DNA of 62,372 nt, the filler included. It is 4 parts of 4 records of this genome, joined end to end, with 100 filler letters (N's around TTAATTAATTAA, not from the genome) between each part and the next. Parts side by side here need not be neighbours in the genome. Positions count along the whole stretch, not along the records: positions 1 to 22,282 come from DRR378314_1391; 3 more parts are not named here. One strand, 5' to 3'. Below, piece after piece: positions 1 through 9,498 of the stretch. The notes under the pieces were generated by a model. The model made no database searches, was not told where the DNA came from, and was given only the letters and a program-made list of their open reading frames with translations. The translations under genes and the position numbers were made by a program. Numbering within the stretch: the first letter of the stretch is position 1; each line of letters begins with the position of its first letter.

Positions 1-55
1 GATAGAATAGAAGTTTCCTAAACTTTAGATGCAAGTTCGATTCTTGCCGGGGCCA
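1..55 (+). tRNA. tRNA-Arg(CCT), 5'-truncated by the window edge
   Basis: Anticodon arm GAAGT-TTCCTAA-ACTTT (10-26, anticodon CCT at 17-19), T arm GCAAG-TTCGATT-CTTGC (31-47), acceptor 3' strand CGGGGCC plus A. Confidence 0.9.
33..53 (+). repeat. att core, tRNA-side junction
   Basis: AAGTTCGATTCTTGCCGGGGC, the T-arm/acceptor part of the tRNA, repeated at 9499-9519. Confidence 0.9.
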
Positions 56-145
56 CTTTTTGACTTCCGAATGATTCAAAAAATCATTAAATAAATGAAA
101 ATCAAGCATTTAATATTTTTTGATTTTAATTGAATTCCTTTGATT

Positions 146-179
146 TTGACTTTTAGAGTTCACAAATCGTCAACATTTT
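146..179 (+). repeat. Candidate integrase arm-type site (left copy)
   Basis: TTGACTTTTAGAGTTCACAAATCGTCAACATTTT matches 9419-9452 at 33/34 nt. Confidence 0.7.
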
Positions 180-286
180 TCAGCTTGCTGTTTTAAGATA
201 AGTAATTAAAATTCAGTAATTTAGTTGATATGCTCGATTTGATTTGACTTTCGTCTTCGTCAACATTTAACTAGAAGAAGACAATT

Positions 287-1555
287 ATGAGGTCAAATTC
301 CACTTTTTCCGTCCTATTTTGGCTTTATTCCGGTAGGTCAAAGAATGGCACAGCTCCCATTTATGCCAGGATTTCTGTCAATGGAAAAAAGCTCAACATC
401 AGTTTAAAGCGAAGAATCCAAATCAATGAATGGGATTCAAACAAGCAGCGTGTGAAAAATTCTTCTATTCATGCTAAATCAACCAACCAATATCTTGATG
501 AGTTCTACTCCGGTCTTTTCCATTCATTTCAACAATTGCGAATAGAGGGTAAGCACATCACCTCTCATAGTGTAAAGGCCAGATTTATGGATGAGGAGAC
601 GGATAATCAACATTTTACCATGAAGGACTTAGTGTCCTATCATAATTCCAATATGTTTCCTAAGCTACATTGGAATACTTCAAGATTATATCTCACCAGT
701 CAGAAGTATATTTTTTTGTTTTTGAAGAAAAAATTAAAAAAAGAAGATATCCGACTTGATGAATTGAACTACAAGTTCATCCTTGACTTTGAAAATTTTC
801 TTCGTAGGCACAAACCCAATCATTACCAACAACAAATTGGTAACAACGCTGTAATGAAACATATCCAAAGATTACGAAAAATGGTCTCTCTGGCTTATCG
901 ACTGGAGTGGATAGATAAAGACCCTTTTAGACAGTTTAAGCAGAGATTGACTCCTACAAATAGAGAGTATTTAGGTTCCGAGGAACTTCAAGCGATTGAA
1001 GAGCTCAAACTTGATAGCAATCGGCTGAAAACAGTCCGGGATCTTTTTGTGTTCAGTTGCTATACCGGGGTATGTTATACGGATTTAATGCTATTAACCG
1101 AAGATAATGTGGTCATGGGCATAGACAAAAAATATTGGATAATTACCAAAAGACAGAAGACTCATAACCCTGTCAAAATCCCACTTTTAAAAAAAGCGCT
1201 TGACTTGATTGAACTTTATAAAGAGGATACCAGGTCTATTATAAACAACACTTTGTTTCCTAGAATCTCCAACCAAAAGATGAACGCGTATTTGAAAGAG
1301 ATTGCGAGTGAAGCAAAAATCAAAAAGAATTTGACATTTCATATGGCAAGGCACACGTTCGCTACGACGGTTACCTTGACCAATGGTGTACCCATAGAAA
1401 CCATTTCAAAAATGTTGGGACATCGAAAACTAACCACTACCCAGATTTATGCAAAGGTTCTGGAAAGAAAAGTGGGTGAGGATATGGAGATTTTGAGAAA
1501 TAAATTGGAAGTAGCAACGGAATCAGAATTAAAGAACAAAGCGAACGAAGGGTAA
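287..1555 (+). CDS. Site-specific tyrosine integrase (Bacteroidota IntDOT-like; arm-binding, SAM-like and catalytic domains)
   Basis: N-terminal PIYARISVNG arm domain; RDLFVFSCYTG, RQKT, FHMARHTFAT, LGH and TQIYAK motifs; next to the tRNA att site. Confidence 0.95.
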   Translation: MRSNSTFSVLFWLYSGRSKNGTAPIYARISVNGKKLNISLKRRIQINEWDSNKQRVKNSSIHAKSTNQYLDEFYSGLFHSFQQLRIEGKHITSHSVKARFMDEETDNQHFTMKDLVSYHNSNMFPKLHWNTSRLYLTSQKYIFLFLKKKLKKEDIRLDELNYKFILDFENFLRRHKPNHYQQQIGNNAVMKHIQRLRKMVSLAYRLEWIDKDPFRQFKQRLTPTNREYLGSEELQAIEELKLDSNRLKTVRDLFVFSCYTGVCYTDLMLLTEDNVVMGIDKKYWIITKRQKTHNPVKIPLLKKALDLIELYKEDTRSIINNTLFPRISNQKMNAYLKEIASEAKIKKNLTFHMARHTFATTVTLTNGVPIETISKMLGHRKLTTTQIYAKVLERKVGEDMEILRNKLEVATESELKNKANEG

Positions 1556-1857
1556 CGGAGTACTGCAAGTCCCAATCTTACCCTAACTTTTGCACCTGGT
1601 TCCTGTTTCAATTTTATAGTGTTCGGGAAGAAAAGCGTGAAGTAAAATTGGAATAGGGTGCAATGACCTATTTGCAATACCTAGAGACTTCATTAATCCA
1701 TCTCATTAACCATGGCTATTCAGGTTTTCTTTGCTGGCAAAGAAAAAATGAAGAGCAAGAGGATAGCGCGCAAGTGCGGCGCTATTGATTCATTTTCCTT
1801 CGGAAAGGCCCATTTTTAGTGTGTTTATAAAAAATATTGAACAATGCGATTGAGGGC

Positions 1858-2048
1858 ATTTTTGACTAAAAAAGGCATTAAGCCCTGTAAAATCAATAGA
1901 TTTTTGACTAAAAAATGGTTTTTCTAAGTCAAGGTTAAGAGCACAATGAAGACATTTCTTAGCAGTATTAAGTTAGAGGGCTAATGTTCTATTTTTGTTG
2001 AAAAAATGCGCTCACCCCAGTGAAATCAACAAATTTTTGTGGAAAAAA
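1858..2048. repeat. Four ATTTTTG-NNN-AAAAAA boxes in two pairs, each pair 42 bp apart
   Basis: ATTTTTGACTAAAAAA at 1858-1873 and 1900-1915; ATTTTTGTTGAAAAAA at 1991-2006; ATTTTTGTGGAAAAAA at 2033-2048; similar spacers (CCC...AAATCAA). Confidence 0.65.
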
Positions 2049-2436
2049 CAATGAAGTAACTGCTTTGGTCGTTACATTTTTTGCCTCGCTCAGTAAATTA
2101 GTTTCGGTAAGATTTGGGGCTTGCAGCGCGAAACTTGGTTTCGCTCGCCCTTTTCAGGACTTCCATTAAATGCAAGGTGGTTTTAAGGAATGAAAATTGA
2201 GGTTACTAAAGATTTTGGTACGATTTGACATCTCTAGCGCGACTTATTACCAAAATTTGAAATATCCGGCGCTTTCTGGGGATTTGAGGTTTTTTAGCAA
2301 GAATGTTAGGAATTGTTTTTCTTCAAGCCTGCTATTTCCAATTTATTAGAAGCGACCAACTTAATCTTTATTTTCATTAGAATCAAAGACGACTTTATCA
2401 TTTTAAAAACCTATGCAGTCGTTGGAGATTAAACAA

Positions 2437-2487
2437 AAATCATAAAAAAAGAGGTCAGTTTTAAAGATGACCTCTTTTTTATGATTT
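2437..2487. terminator. Bidirectional intrinsic terminator-like hairpin downstream of the precursor peptide gene
   Basis: Long inverted repeat AAATCATAAAAAAAGAGGTCA / TGACCTCTTTTTTATGATTT with A and T tracts on both arms. Confidence 0.7.
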
Positions 2488-2716
2488 GAAAAGCTTTTTC
2501 CTGTTGATATCTAAAAATAACACGTTCTGATAGTTGTTATCATACCATGTTTAATTAAAGATTCTTACACGACGATATTTTCATCTCACGTGGACTTTAC
2601 TTTTGTAGTTTTAATTCATCGATACTAGTTAATCCCTTAATGTTGTCTCTTACGAAAATGATAGTTCAATCGTATTTTAAGATTCCATGTAGGTAATACC
2701 AAAGAATCGACAACAT

Positions 2717-2860
2717 TTACTCGTTACAGGGAAAACAGGCATTATGTTCTGTATGCCAGCACATATTTCCTGGGCACGAACCATAACCGCCATTAATAGC
2801 TTTCATTTCATTTTTGTTTAAAGTTTTTCCGGAGTTGAAACTCAAAATTGAATTTTTCAT
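2717..2860 (-). CDS. Double-glycine-leader precursor peptide (bacteriocin/RiPP-like), 47 aa
   Basis: Manual translation MKNSILSFNSGKTLNKNEMKAINGG|YGSCPGNMCWHTEHNACFPCNE*; leader ends in L-x-x-x-E-M-K-x-I-x-GG; divergent from the C39 ABC exporter; below the ORF track's 60-aa cutoff. Confidence 0.88.
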   Translation of the reverse strand: MKNSILSFNSGKTLNKNEMKAINGGYGSCPGNMCWHTEHNACFPCNE

Positions 2861-3108
2861 ATTGACTATAAATTAAATTTGACTTCTTGAAAGTAATAAG
2901 AAAAGGTGAATTATGAAAATTATTTAGATATTTGTAAGTGATTAATATTATTTTAGACAATATTTCCTACAATAAAACAAAAATTTAGCTTTATTTTTAA
3001 GAAAAAGATAGAAGACACGATTGGGATATTTGGCTTTAATCTCAAAGGGTTTTCTTAAATTTCAGTATTAAAAAACCCTTAAGAGGTTTTTATGTAACCC
3101 AAAAAACA

Positions 3109-5301
3109 ATGCCCAAACGCTTTCCAAATTACCTGCAGCCCGGAGCAAAGGACTGCGGGCCCACATGCCTTCGTATCATTGCCAAACACTATGGTAAGAC
3201 AATTTCCGTGGAAAAGCTTCGCAATTCAGCGGAAACCGTTAGGGAGGGCAGCAGTCTTTTAGGTCTTAGCAATGCAGCGGAGATAATCGGTTTCCGATCA
3301 TTGGGTGCTAGAGTATCCTTGGAAAAACTTTTGGAGGCGCCGCTCCCATGCATCATTCATTGGAGCAAGAACCATTTTGTAGTGCTTTATCGGATAAAAG
3401 GGAACTTATTTTATGTCTCCGATCCGGCCCATGGTTTGCTAAGGTATGACCAGAATGAATTTTTAACGTATTGGATAGGCAACAATTCGGACGAGAACAC
3501 GGAGGAGGGTATCGCATTGTTTTTGGAACCGAGCCCTAAATTCTACGAGAACGAATGGGAGGACACGGAGGACAGGTTGGATTTTGCCTATCTAACCAAG
3601 TACCTGTTTCGGTACAAACACCTCATTTGGCAGCTGGTAATCGGTTTGATTGCGGGGAGCACGCTCCAGTTGATATTTCCCTTCCTGACCCAGAGCATCG
3701 TTGATGTGGGCATACGGAATAGGGATATCAACTTTGTCTATCTTATTCTTTTCGCACAATTGGCACTTTTCCTCGGGCGTACTTCCGTGGAGGTAATCCG
3801 CAGCTGGATATTGCTGCACCTGAGTACACGGATCAATATTTCCTTGGTCTCCGACTTTTTTATCAAGTTGATGAAACTGCCAATCTCCTATTTCGATACA
3901 AGGATGACAGGGGATATCCTACAACGCATCAACGATCATAAAAGGATAGAACAAATTCTGACCACATCATCCTTGAACGTACTTTTTTCTATGGTAAGCC
4001 TATTGGTTTTCGGTATAGTACTGGCCTACTATAACATTTATATATTTTTGACTTTTATGGCAGGTAGCATCCTTTATTTCGGATGGATCATATTGTTTAT
4101 GAAAAAGAGGGCCGATTTGGACTATAAACGATTTTCGCAGATTAGTCAGGAACAAAGCAAGGTAATCGAGCTTATCAATGGTATGCAGACCATCAAGCTG
4201 AACAATGCAGAGCGGAAAAAACGTTGGGGGTGGGAATTTTTGCAGGTGCGGCTATTCAAGGTATCTATGAAGGGGCTTGCACTGGAACAATGGCAAAACG
4301 TTGGCTCCGGATTCATCAACGAGTTCAAGAATATTATAATAACCGTACTTTCCGCGAAACTGGTCATCGATGGCGACATTACCCTTGGAATGATGCTCGC
4401 CATATCCTATATCGTTGGACAGATGAACGCTCCAATCAGCCAGGTTATCAATTTTGTCAGGGAGGTACAGGATGCAAAACTATCCCTGGAAAGGTTGGCG
4501 GAAATCCATAACAAGGAGGACGAGGAACGGGATGCCGGGAGCAAGATCGGCACCGTTGATGCAGACCTTTCTTTGGATATAAGGAATATTTCCTTTAAGT
4601 ACACCGGTTCGGACAGCTTTGTTTTCGAAGGACTGAATCTTTTTATTCCAGCAAAAAAGGTAACGGCGATAGTTGGTCCTAGCGGCAGCGGAAAAACAAC
4701 ATTGTTAAAAATGCTCATGAAGTTCTACGACCCCGATAAAGGGCAAATAAAGCTGGGCCCCCATAATCTTAAGAACGTCTCCCAAGCATTATGGAGGGAA
4801 CGTTGCGGTGTTGTCATGCAGGAGGACTATATCTTCAGCGATACGATTGCCCATAACATTGCTGTAGGGGTTGATAACACGGACAAAGATCGTCTTTCCC
4901 ATGCAGTCAAAACCGCTAACATCAAGAAGTTCATAGAAACTTTGCCGTTGTCCTATAATACAAAAATAGGGATGGAAGGCATCGGGTTGAGTACGGGCCA
5001 AAAACAAAGGTTATTAATTGCGAGGGCGGTCTATAAGAACCCAGACTACCTGTTCTTTGACGAGGCTACATCGGCTCTGGACGCAAACAACGAAAAAGTG
5101 ATCATGGAGAACCTGAATCTATTTTTTACCAACAAAACGGTGGTTGTCATCGCCCATCGGTTGAGTACGGTAAAAAATGCGGACCAAATTGTAGTGCTCG
5201 ACAAGGGCAAGGTGGTGGAACTGGGCAATCACAAGGAACTTACGGCCAAAAAGGGCGAATATTTTAACTTAGTGAGGAACCAACTGGAATTTGGAAAATG
5301 A
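3109..5301 (+). CDS. Peptidase-containing ABC transporter (C39 peptidase + TM + ATPase; SunT/LanT type)
   Basis: QPGAKDCGPTCL catalytic Cys, HFVV and DPA; Walker A GPSGSGKTT, signature LSTGQKQ, Walker B FFDEATSALD, H-loop IAHRLST. Confidence 0.96.
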   Translation: MPKRFPNYLQPGAKDCGPTCLRIIAKHYGKTISVEKLRNSAETVREGSSLLGLSNAAEIIGFRSLGARVSLEKLLEAPLPCIIHWSKNHFVVLYRIKGNLFYVSDPAHGLLRYDQNEFLTYWIGNNSDENTEEGIALFLEPSPKFYENEWEDTEDRLDFAYLTKYLFRYKHLIWQLVIGLIAGSTLQLIFPFLTQSIVDVGIRNRDINFVYLILFAQLALFLGRTSVEVIRSWILLHLSTRINISLVSDFFIKLMKLPISYFDTRMTGDILQRINDHKRIEQILTTSSLNVLFSMVSLLVFGIVLAYYNIYIFLTFMAGSILYFGWIILFMKKRADLDYKRFSQISQEQSKVIELINGMQTIKLNNAERKKRWGWEFLQVRLFKVSMKGLALEQWQNVGSGFINEFKNIIITVLSAKLVIDGDITLGMMLAISYIVGQMNAPISQVINFVREVQDAKLSLERLAEIHNKEDEERDAGSKIGTVDADLSLDIRNISFKYTGSDSFVFEGLNLFIPAKKVTAIVGPSGSGKTTLLKMLMKFYDPDKGQIKLGPHNLKNVSQALWRERCGVVMQEDYIFSDTIAHNIAVGVDNTDKDRLSHAVKTANIKKFIETLPLSYNTKIGMEGIGLSTGQKQRLLIARAVYKNPDYLFFDEATSALDANNEKVIMENLNLFFTNKTVVVIAHRLSTVKNADQIVVLDKGKVVELGNHKELTAKKGEYFNLVRNQLEFGK

Positions 5302-6595
5302 TATGCCGGACGAACTAAATGATATAGAAATCAGGAGCGAGGAAGTGCAAGACATACTTTCCAAGGTACCCCATTGGATGGTGCGCTGGGGCAGCTCCCT
5401 TTATCTAGGCCTGACCATCCTCATATTAGCCATTAGCTGGTGGGTCAAGTACCCGGATGTAATAGAAGCTTCGGTCGTCATAACCTCCCAAGAACCACCC
5501 CAAAAGGAGTTCGCCCGTACAAACGGGAAGTTCGATTCGATTTATGTAAAGGATTCCCAGTTGGTGAAAAAGAACACCTTGTTGGCCGTTATCGAAAATA
5601 CGGCGCATACCGAGGATGTACTATTTCTTAAATCCGTTCTGTATTCCCTAGATATCGAACAAAAGGATATAATATTTCCTATAAATGAACTGCCCATTTT
5701 GATATTGGGGGACATAGAGCCCGCCTTTGCGAGTTTCGAGGACAGTTATACGGAATATGAGATGAACAAATCCCTACTGCCCTTCTCCAATGAGTCTCTA
5801 GCCAACGAAGCCTCTTTGAACGAGCTTAAGGTCCGTTTGCAGAATATGCGGTCACAATATACGCTCAACGAGTCCGAGCTAAAACTCAAAAAGAACGATT
5901 TACAGCGGAATAGGGAGCTGTTGGAAAAAGGGGTCGTCTCCCAGCTGGATTATGAGAACAAGCAACTGGAAGTTATGAATACCGAAAAACAACTAAAAAC
6001 CTTGGGGGCCTCGATTTCTCAGATTAGGGAGTCGATGGCAACGGCCCTGAAGAACTTAAAAGGGAACGAGATTAGCAGGACCCGGGAAGAATCTAAACTA
6101 CTCAGGAAATCCTTTCAGAAACTTAACCAGCTCAAAAAAGCCATAAAAGATTGGGAATATACCTATGTCCTAAAATCGGATATTGAAGGAAAGGTCTCTT
6201 TCCTCAATTACTGGAGCAAGAACCAGACAGTGCAAATGGGTGATCTGGTTTTCACCATTGTTCCCAGGAATAATAAGGATTATTTGGCCAAAATGAAGGT
6301 CGCCGTACAAAATTCCGGAAAGATTAAAACCGGTCAAAGGGTAAACATTAAATTACGGAACTACCCCGAGGCAGAGTTCGGGATGTTGGAGGGACGTGTC
6401 TCCTCCATTTCGCAGGTTCCGAACAATGATGGTTTTTATCTGGTCGATGTGGAGCTGCCCGAACACCTTGTTACCAGTTATAGCAAGGAAATCGAGTTCC
6501 GCCAAGAAATGAGTGGGACAGGGGAGATTATTACCGAGGACCTACGCTTGTTGGAACGCTTTTTCTATCAATTCAAGAATGTGTTGGACAGATAA
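5291..6595 (+). CDS. HlyD-family membrane fusion (secretion adaptor) protein
   Basis: RSEEVQDIL...PHWMVRWG N-terminus, single TM, long coiled coil; overlaps the ABC exporter stop. Confidence 0.92.
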   Translation: MENDMPDELNDIEIRSEEVQDILSKVPHWMVRWGSSLYLGLTILILAISWWVKYPDVIEASVVITSQEPPQKEFARTNGKFDSIYVKDSQLVKKNTLLAVIENTAHTEDVLFLKSVLYSLDIEQKDIIFPINELPILILGDIEPAFASFEDSYTEYEMNKSLLPFSNESLANEASLNELKVRLQNMRSQYTLNESELKLKKNDLQRNRELLEKGVVSQLDYENKQLEVMNTEKQLKTLGASISQIRESMATALKNLKGNEISRTREESKLLRKSFQKLNQLKKAIKDWEYTYVLKSDIEGKVSFLNYWSKNQTVQMGDLVFTIVPRNNKDYLAKMKVAVQNSGKIKTGQRVNIKLRNYPEAEFGMLEGRVSSISQVPNNDGFYLVDVELPEHLVTSYSKEIEFRQEMSGTGEIITEDLRLLERFFYQFKNVLDR

Positions 6596-7189
6596 TATTT
6601 TTATGGTCGGCTCTTGAGAAAGACTCAGAAAATAATACACAGATATTATTGAATATCAAACTTATAAGTAGATATAAGGTCACAAGGCCTTGGTTTATAA
6701 ATAAACATTCAACCAAGTCAAATTTGGAAATTCTTTGTTTAAAAGTCCAGTAAATTTTACAAATGACCTACGCTTTTAAGCCAGACTTCCAAGAATTACT
6801 ATTTTCCATTTCAATGGCAACACCATCGATTATAGAACATAATATTAAAAAATACCTTTTTATAGAAAAATGCTTTTGGCACTGTGGACAAAAGTAATAA
6901 TGTATTATACACCGATTTTACATACGTTTTAATTCAGAAAAATAACTGATTGACGAATTTTTTTACAGTTTTTTCTTGTTAAACATCAAATCGCTATATT
7001 TAGTATCAAAACCCGCAATTGTTTGGTGTTTTAATGGAAATAAAAAACGATTTATGGAGGCATTATTCAGGTCGATTAGAAATTATCTTAACTTTTTGAA
7101 GTGTTTTAGCCAATAATATTCCTTAAACAATAAAGTTTCAATCCTATTTATTAGTTTCAAATTTTTGTCAAAAATTATAAAGGTAATTT

Positions 7190-8728
7190 ATGGATGCTAA
7201 ATTGATTGCAAGCTTGTCTAACTATCTAGGTTCCCAAAACATATGGATCTCCAAGCCGGAACTTGAGCTTCAGTTGTATAGTCGCCCCGATGCCCCATCA
7301 GCATATGCAATTTCGGAAACTCTTAATTTTTTTGGCATCAACAATATTGTAGTTCAATTAGAATTAGATCAAATAGATGAATTACCTGATAATTTTTTTG
7401 CCTTTATAACGGAGGGCCATAAGTCTTCTTTTGAACACGTAGTAAAGAAAGGGTCTCGGCTAAAGATAGGTGCCAAAATTTTCTCGAAAGAACAGTTTTT
7501 AGATATTTGGTCTGGGATAACTCTTTTGGCAGAAAAAAACGAAACTCCCGTAACCAAAGTAAAAAAGGGCTATTTAATTGTGGTTTATACATCGGTGATT
7601 GTTGTTACTCTTTTTTTTTCGTTTTCAAAAGGGATACAAAATTATATTTTTTTATTGTTGGGCCTTGTTGGTGTTTGGGTTTCCGATGAAATTTTTAAAA
7701 ATAGTATACAAGAAAACTCGTATTTAGGAAAAAAAATATGTGGCGAAAGCAAGGATAATATTTGTTACAAAATATCCAACGATAAAAATTACAGGATTGG
7801 ATCGTTCGGATTAAATGATTTCTTGTTTGCCTTTTTTGTAGCAACAATTGGTTTACAAATATTTCATCAAGAACTAGTGCCTCTGTTAAACCTGATTTAT
7901 GTTGCAGGCGTTCTGGCATTGATTTATACAATAATAGCGCAGGCTTTTTTCATTAAGGCGTGGTGTAGACTCTGTTTAACTGGCAGCGCAGTAATTCTTG
8001 CCCAATCTATCCTATTGGTTTCTGAATTTGGAAAAATTTTTCCTTTTCCAGGAATTGACGCCAAACGGTTGGTTTATGATTTATTTATTTTTGCCTTACT
8101 ATATTTGGGAGTTTTATTTTTTGTTCATCGATATAGAGAATTGGTGATTGCCAATAATCGATTGAGAGAAGAGCAAATAAGGCTTAAAAGGTTTAAAAGA
8201 TCTCCATCGGTTATCTCAAATTTAATAGGTGGCTCCCAACGTGTAAAATGGGATAACAACATAAACCCAATTACTTTTGGTAATCTTGTTTCCAAAACGA
8301 AAATAGTTTTGGTGCTTTCACTCTACTGCGGTTATTGTAAAACCGCATTTGAGGAATTACTTAAATTCTCCTACACAAATCCCAGTTATAAGTATGAGCT
8401 AATATTCAACCACCCAGACCTAGGTTCAAAGGAGAAGGTTGATATATTCAAAAAACTATTTTATGTCCTGAACACCAAAGGCAATGAAGCATTTTTGAAG
8501 GAATTGGAAATTTGGTTCAAAACCAAAAAATCAAATTTGTCAATGAAGGACGAAATAATTTTAGAAAAATCGGAAACTTCGATTTTATTGAGCCATAGGA
8601 ACTGGTGTAACAACAACGGAATATTTTATACCCCGGCGCTAATTATTAATAATATCGTTGTTCCTAATGAATACAATGTTTCGGACTTAAATGATATTAT
8701 AGAAACCATAATTGAGGATGGAGACTAA
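7190..8728 (+). CDS. Fusion of C39-like (probably inactive), VKOR and thioredoxin/DsbA-like domains
   Basis: N-terminal PDAPSAYAISETL...FLDIWSGITLLAE without an obvious catalytic Cys; VKOR-like loop Cys (KICGESKDNIC) and WCRLC; C-terminal YCGYC and YTP cis-Pro motif. Confidence 0.82.
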   Translation: MDAKLIASLSNYLGSQNIWISKPELELQLYSRPDAPSAYAISETLNFFGINNIVVQLELDQIDELPDNFFAFITEGHKSSFEHVVKKGSRLKIGAKIFSKEQFLDIWSGITLLAEKNETPVTKVKKGYLIVVYTSVIVVTLFFSFSKGIQNYIFLLLGLVGVWVSDEIFKNSIQENSYLGKKICGESKDNICYKISNDKNYRIGSFGLNDFLFAFFVATIGLQIFHQELVPLLNLIYVAGVLALIYTIIAQAFFIKAWCRLCLTGSAVILAQSILLVSEFGKIFPFPGIDAKRLVYDLFIFALLYLGVLFFVHRYRELVIANNRLREEQIRLKRFKRSPSVISNLIGGSQRVKWDNNINPITFGNLVSKTKIVLVLSLYCGYCKTAFEELLKFSYTNPSYKYELIFNHPDLGSKEKVDIFKKLFYVLNTKGNEAFLKELEIWFKTKKSNLSMKDEIILEKSETSILLSHRNWCNNNGIFYTPALIINNIVVPNEYNVSDLNDIIETIIEDGD

Positions 8729-9418
8729 ACTATTAAGTATGAGTTGATAGACACCGATGAGAATTAATTATTTATGATTAGTTTTGAAGTCTACGAAGCC
8801 AGCGTATTTTAAATAGTTTGTAATTCGGTTAGTGATCAAAGCATAAGCAAGGATAAACTCAGTAAATATAGGGTCTGACAGGGAAGGTTCGAATTCCTCA
8901 GCAAATTGGGAAGAGATTGACTCTAATTCTCCTTTTTCCCAAGAGATTTGTTTACAACTGTATTACATTATGACACTGTTTACATTATAGGAGGCAGGAA
9001 TAATGAGTCTAGACTAAATGATGTTTGGGTTATGAATGTGGATTAGAATAGTTTTACTTCAACTCTAGTGGCACCAATTTGGGAATAAATAATTATATTT
9101 TCAACGCACCTATCGCCGAAAGTTCCATTCCAAATTAAGTAAGGGTAGACTAGAACACTCTATTTATTTTCCTGTTCTGGTAAGAAATAGTTATTTGGAA
9201 GGATTTTGAAAAGGGTATTTGACTTTAAAGTTTTTCCAATTTATTCAGAGATAAGTTCAGGCTGTACCTTGGTTGTTAACCATCACTTAAATTTAGTCCA
9301 AGTCCAGTCCATATTGGTTGAATATTTTTCCGTTATAAAGGTTTATAAAAGATAGACTTTCATTTATAAATCAATCATTTATAGCTGTTTGTTTATCTTT
9401 GGAATGACGAAAGTCAAA

Positions 9419-9452
9419 TTGACTTTAAGAGTTCACAAATCGTCAACATTTT
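9419..9452 (+). repeat. Candidate integrase arm-type site (right copy)
   Basis: 33/34 match to 146-179; adjacent GACGAAAGTCAAAT (9406-9419) is the exact reverse complement of 242-255. Confidence 0.7.
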
Positions 9453-9498
9453 GAAATCAAAAAGTGAAGACCCCAATAAAATTGGGGGTCCGAGAGAA

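Noticed and set aside
1447-1677. Short antisense or alternate-frame ORFs overlapping long bacterial genes (this one and many others in 3.5-47.5 kb)
   Set aside because: Shadow ORFs of well-supported genes with no recognisable motifs
2717-2860. Reading the precursor as a lanthipeptide or sactipeptide
   Set aside because: The core has Cys/Ser/Thr, but no dehydratase, cyclase or radical SAM gene lies within the att-bounded island; a trans-acting enzyme cannot be excluded
6763-6897. 44-aa ORF MTYAFKPDF...KCFWHCGQK as a second precursor or immunity peptide
   Set aside because: No GG leader, no TM segment and no other support; likely a chance ORF in AT-rich DNA
8870-8945. GGTTCGAATTCC T-loop-like motif and nearby hairpin, possible tRNA/tmRNA relic
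   Set aside because: No cloverleaf or acceptor stem can be built and it does not match the att core
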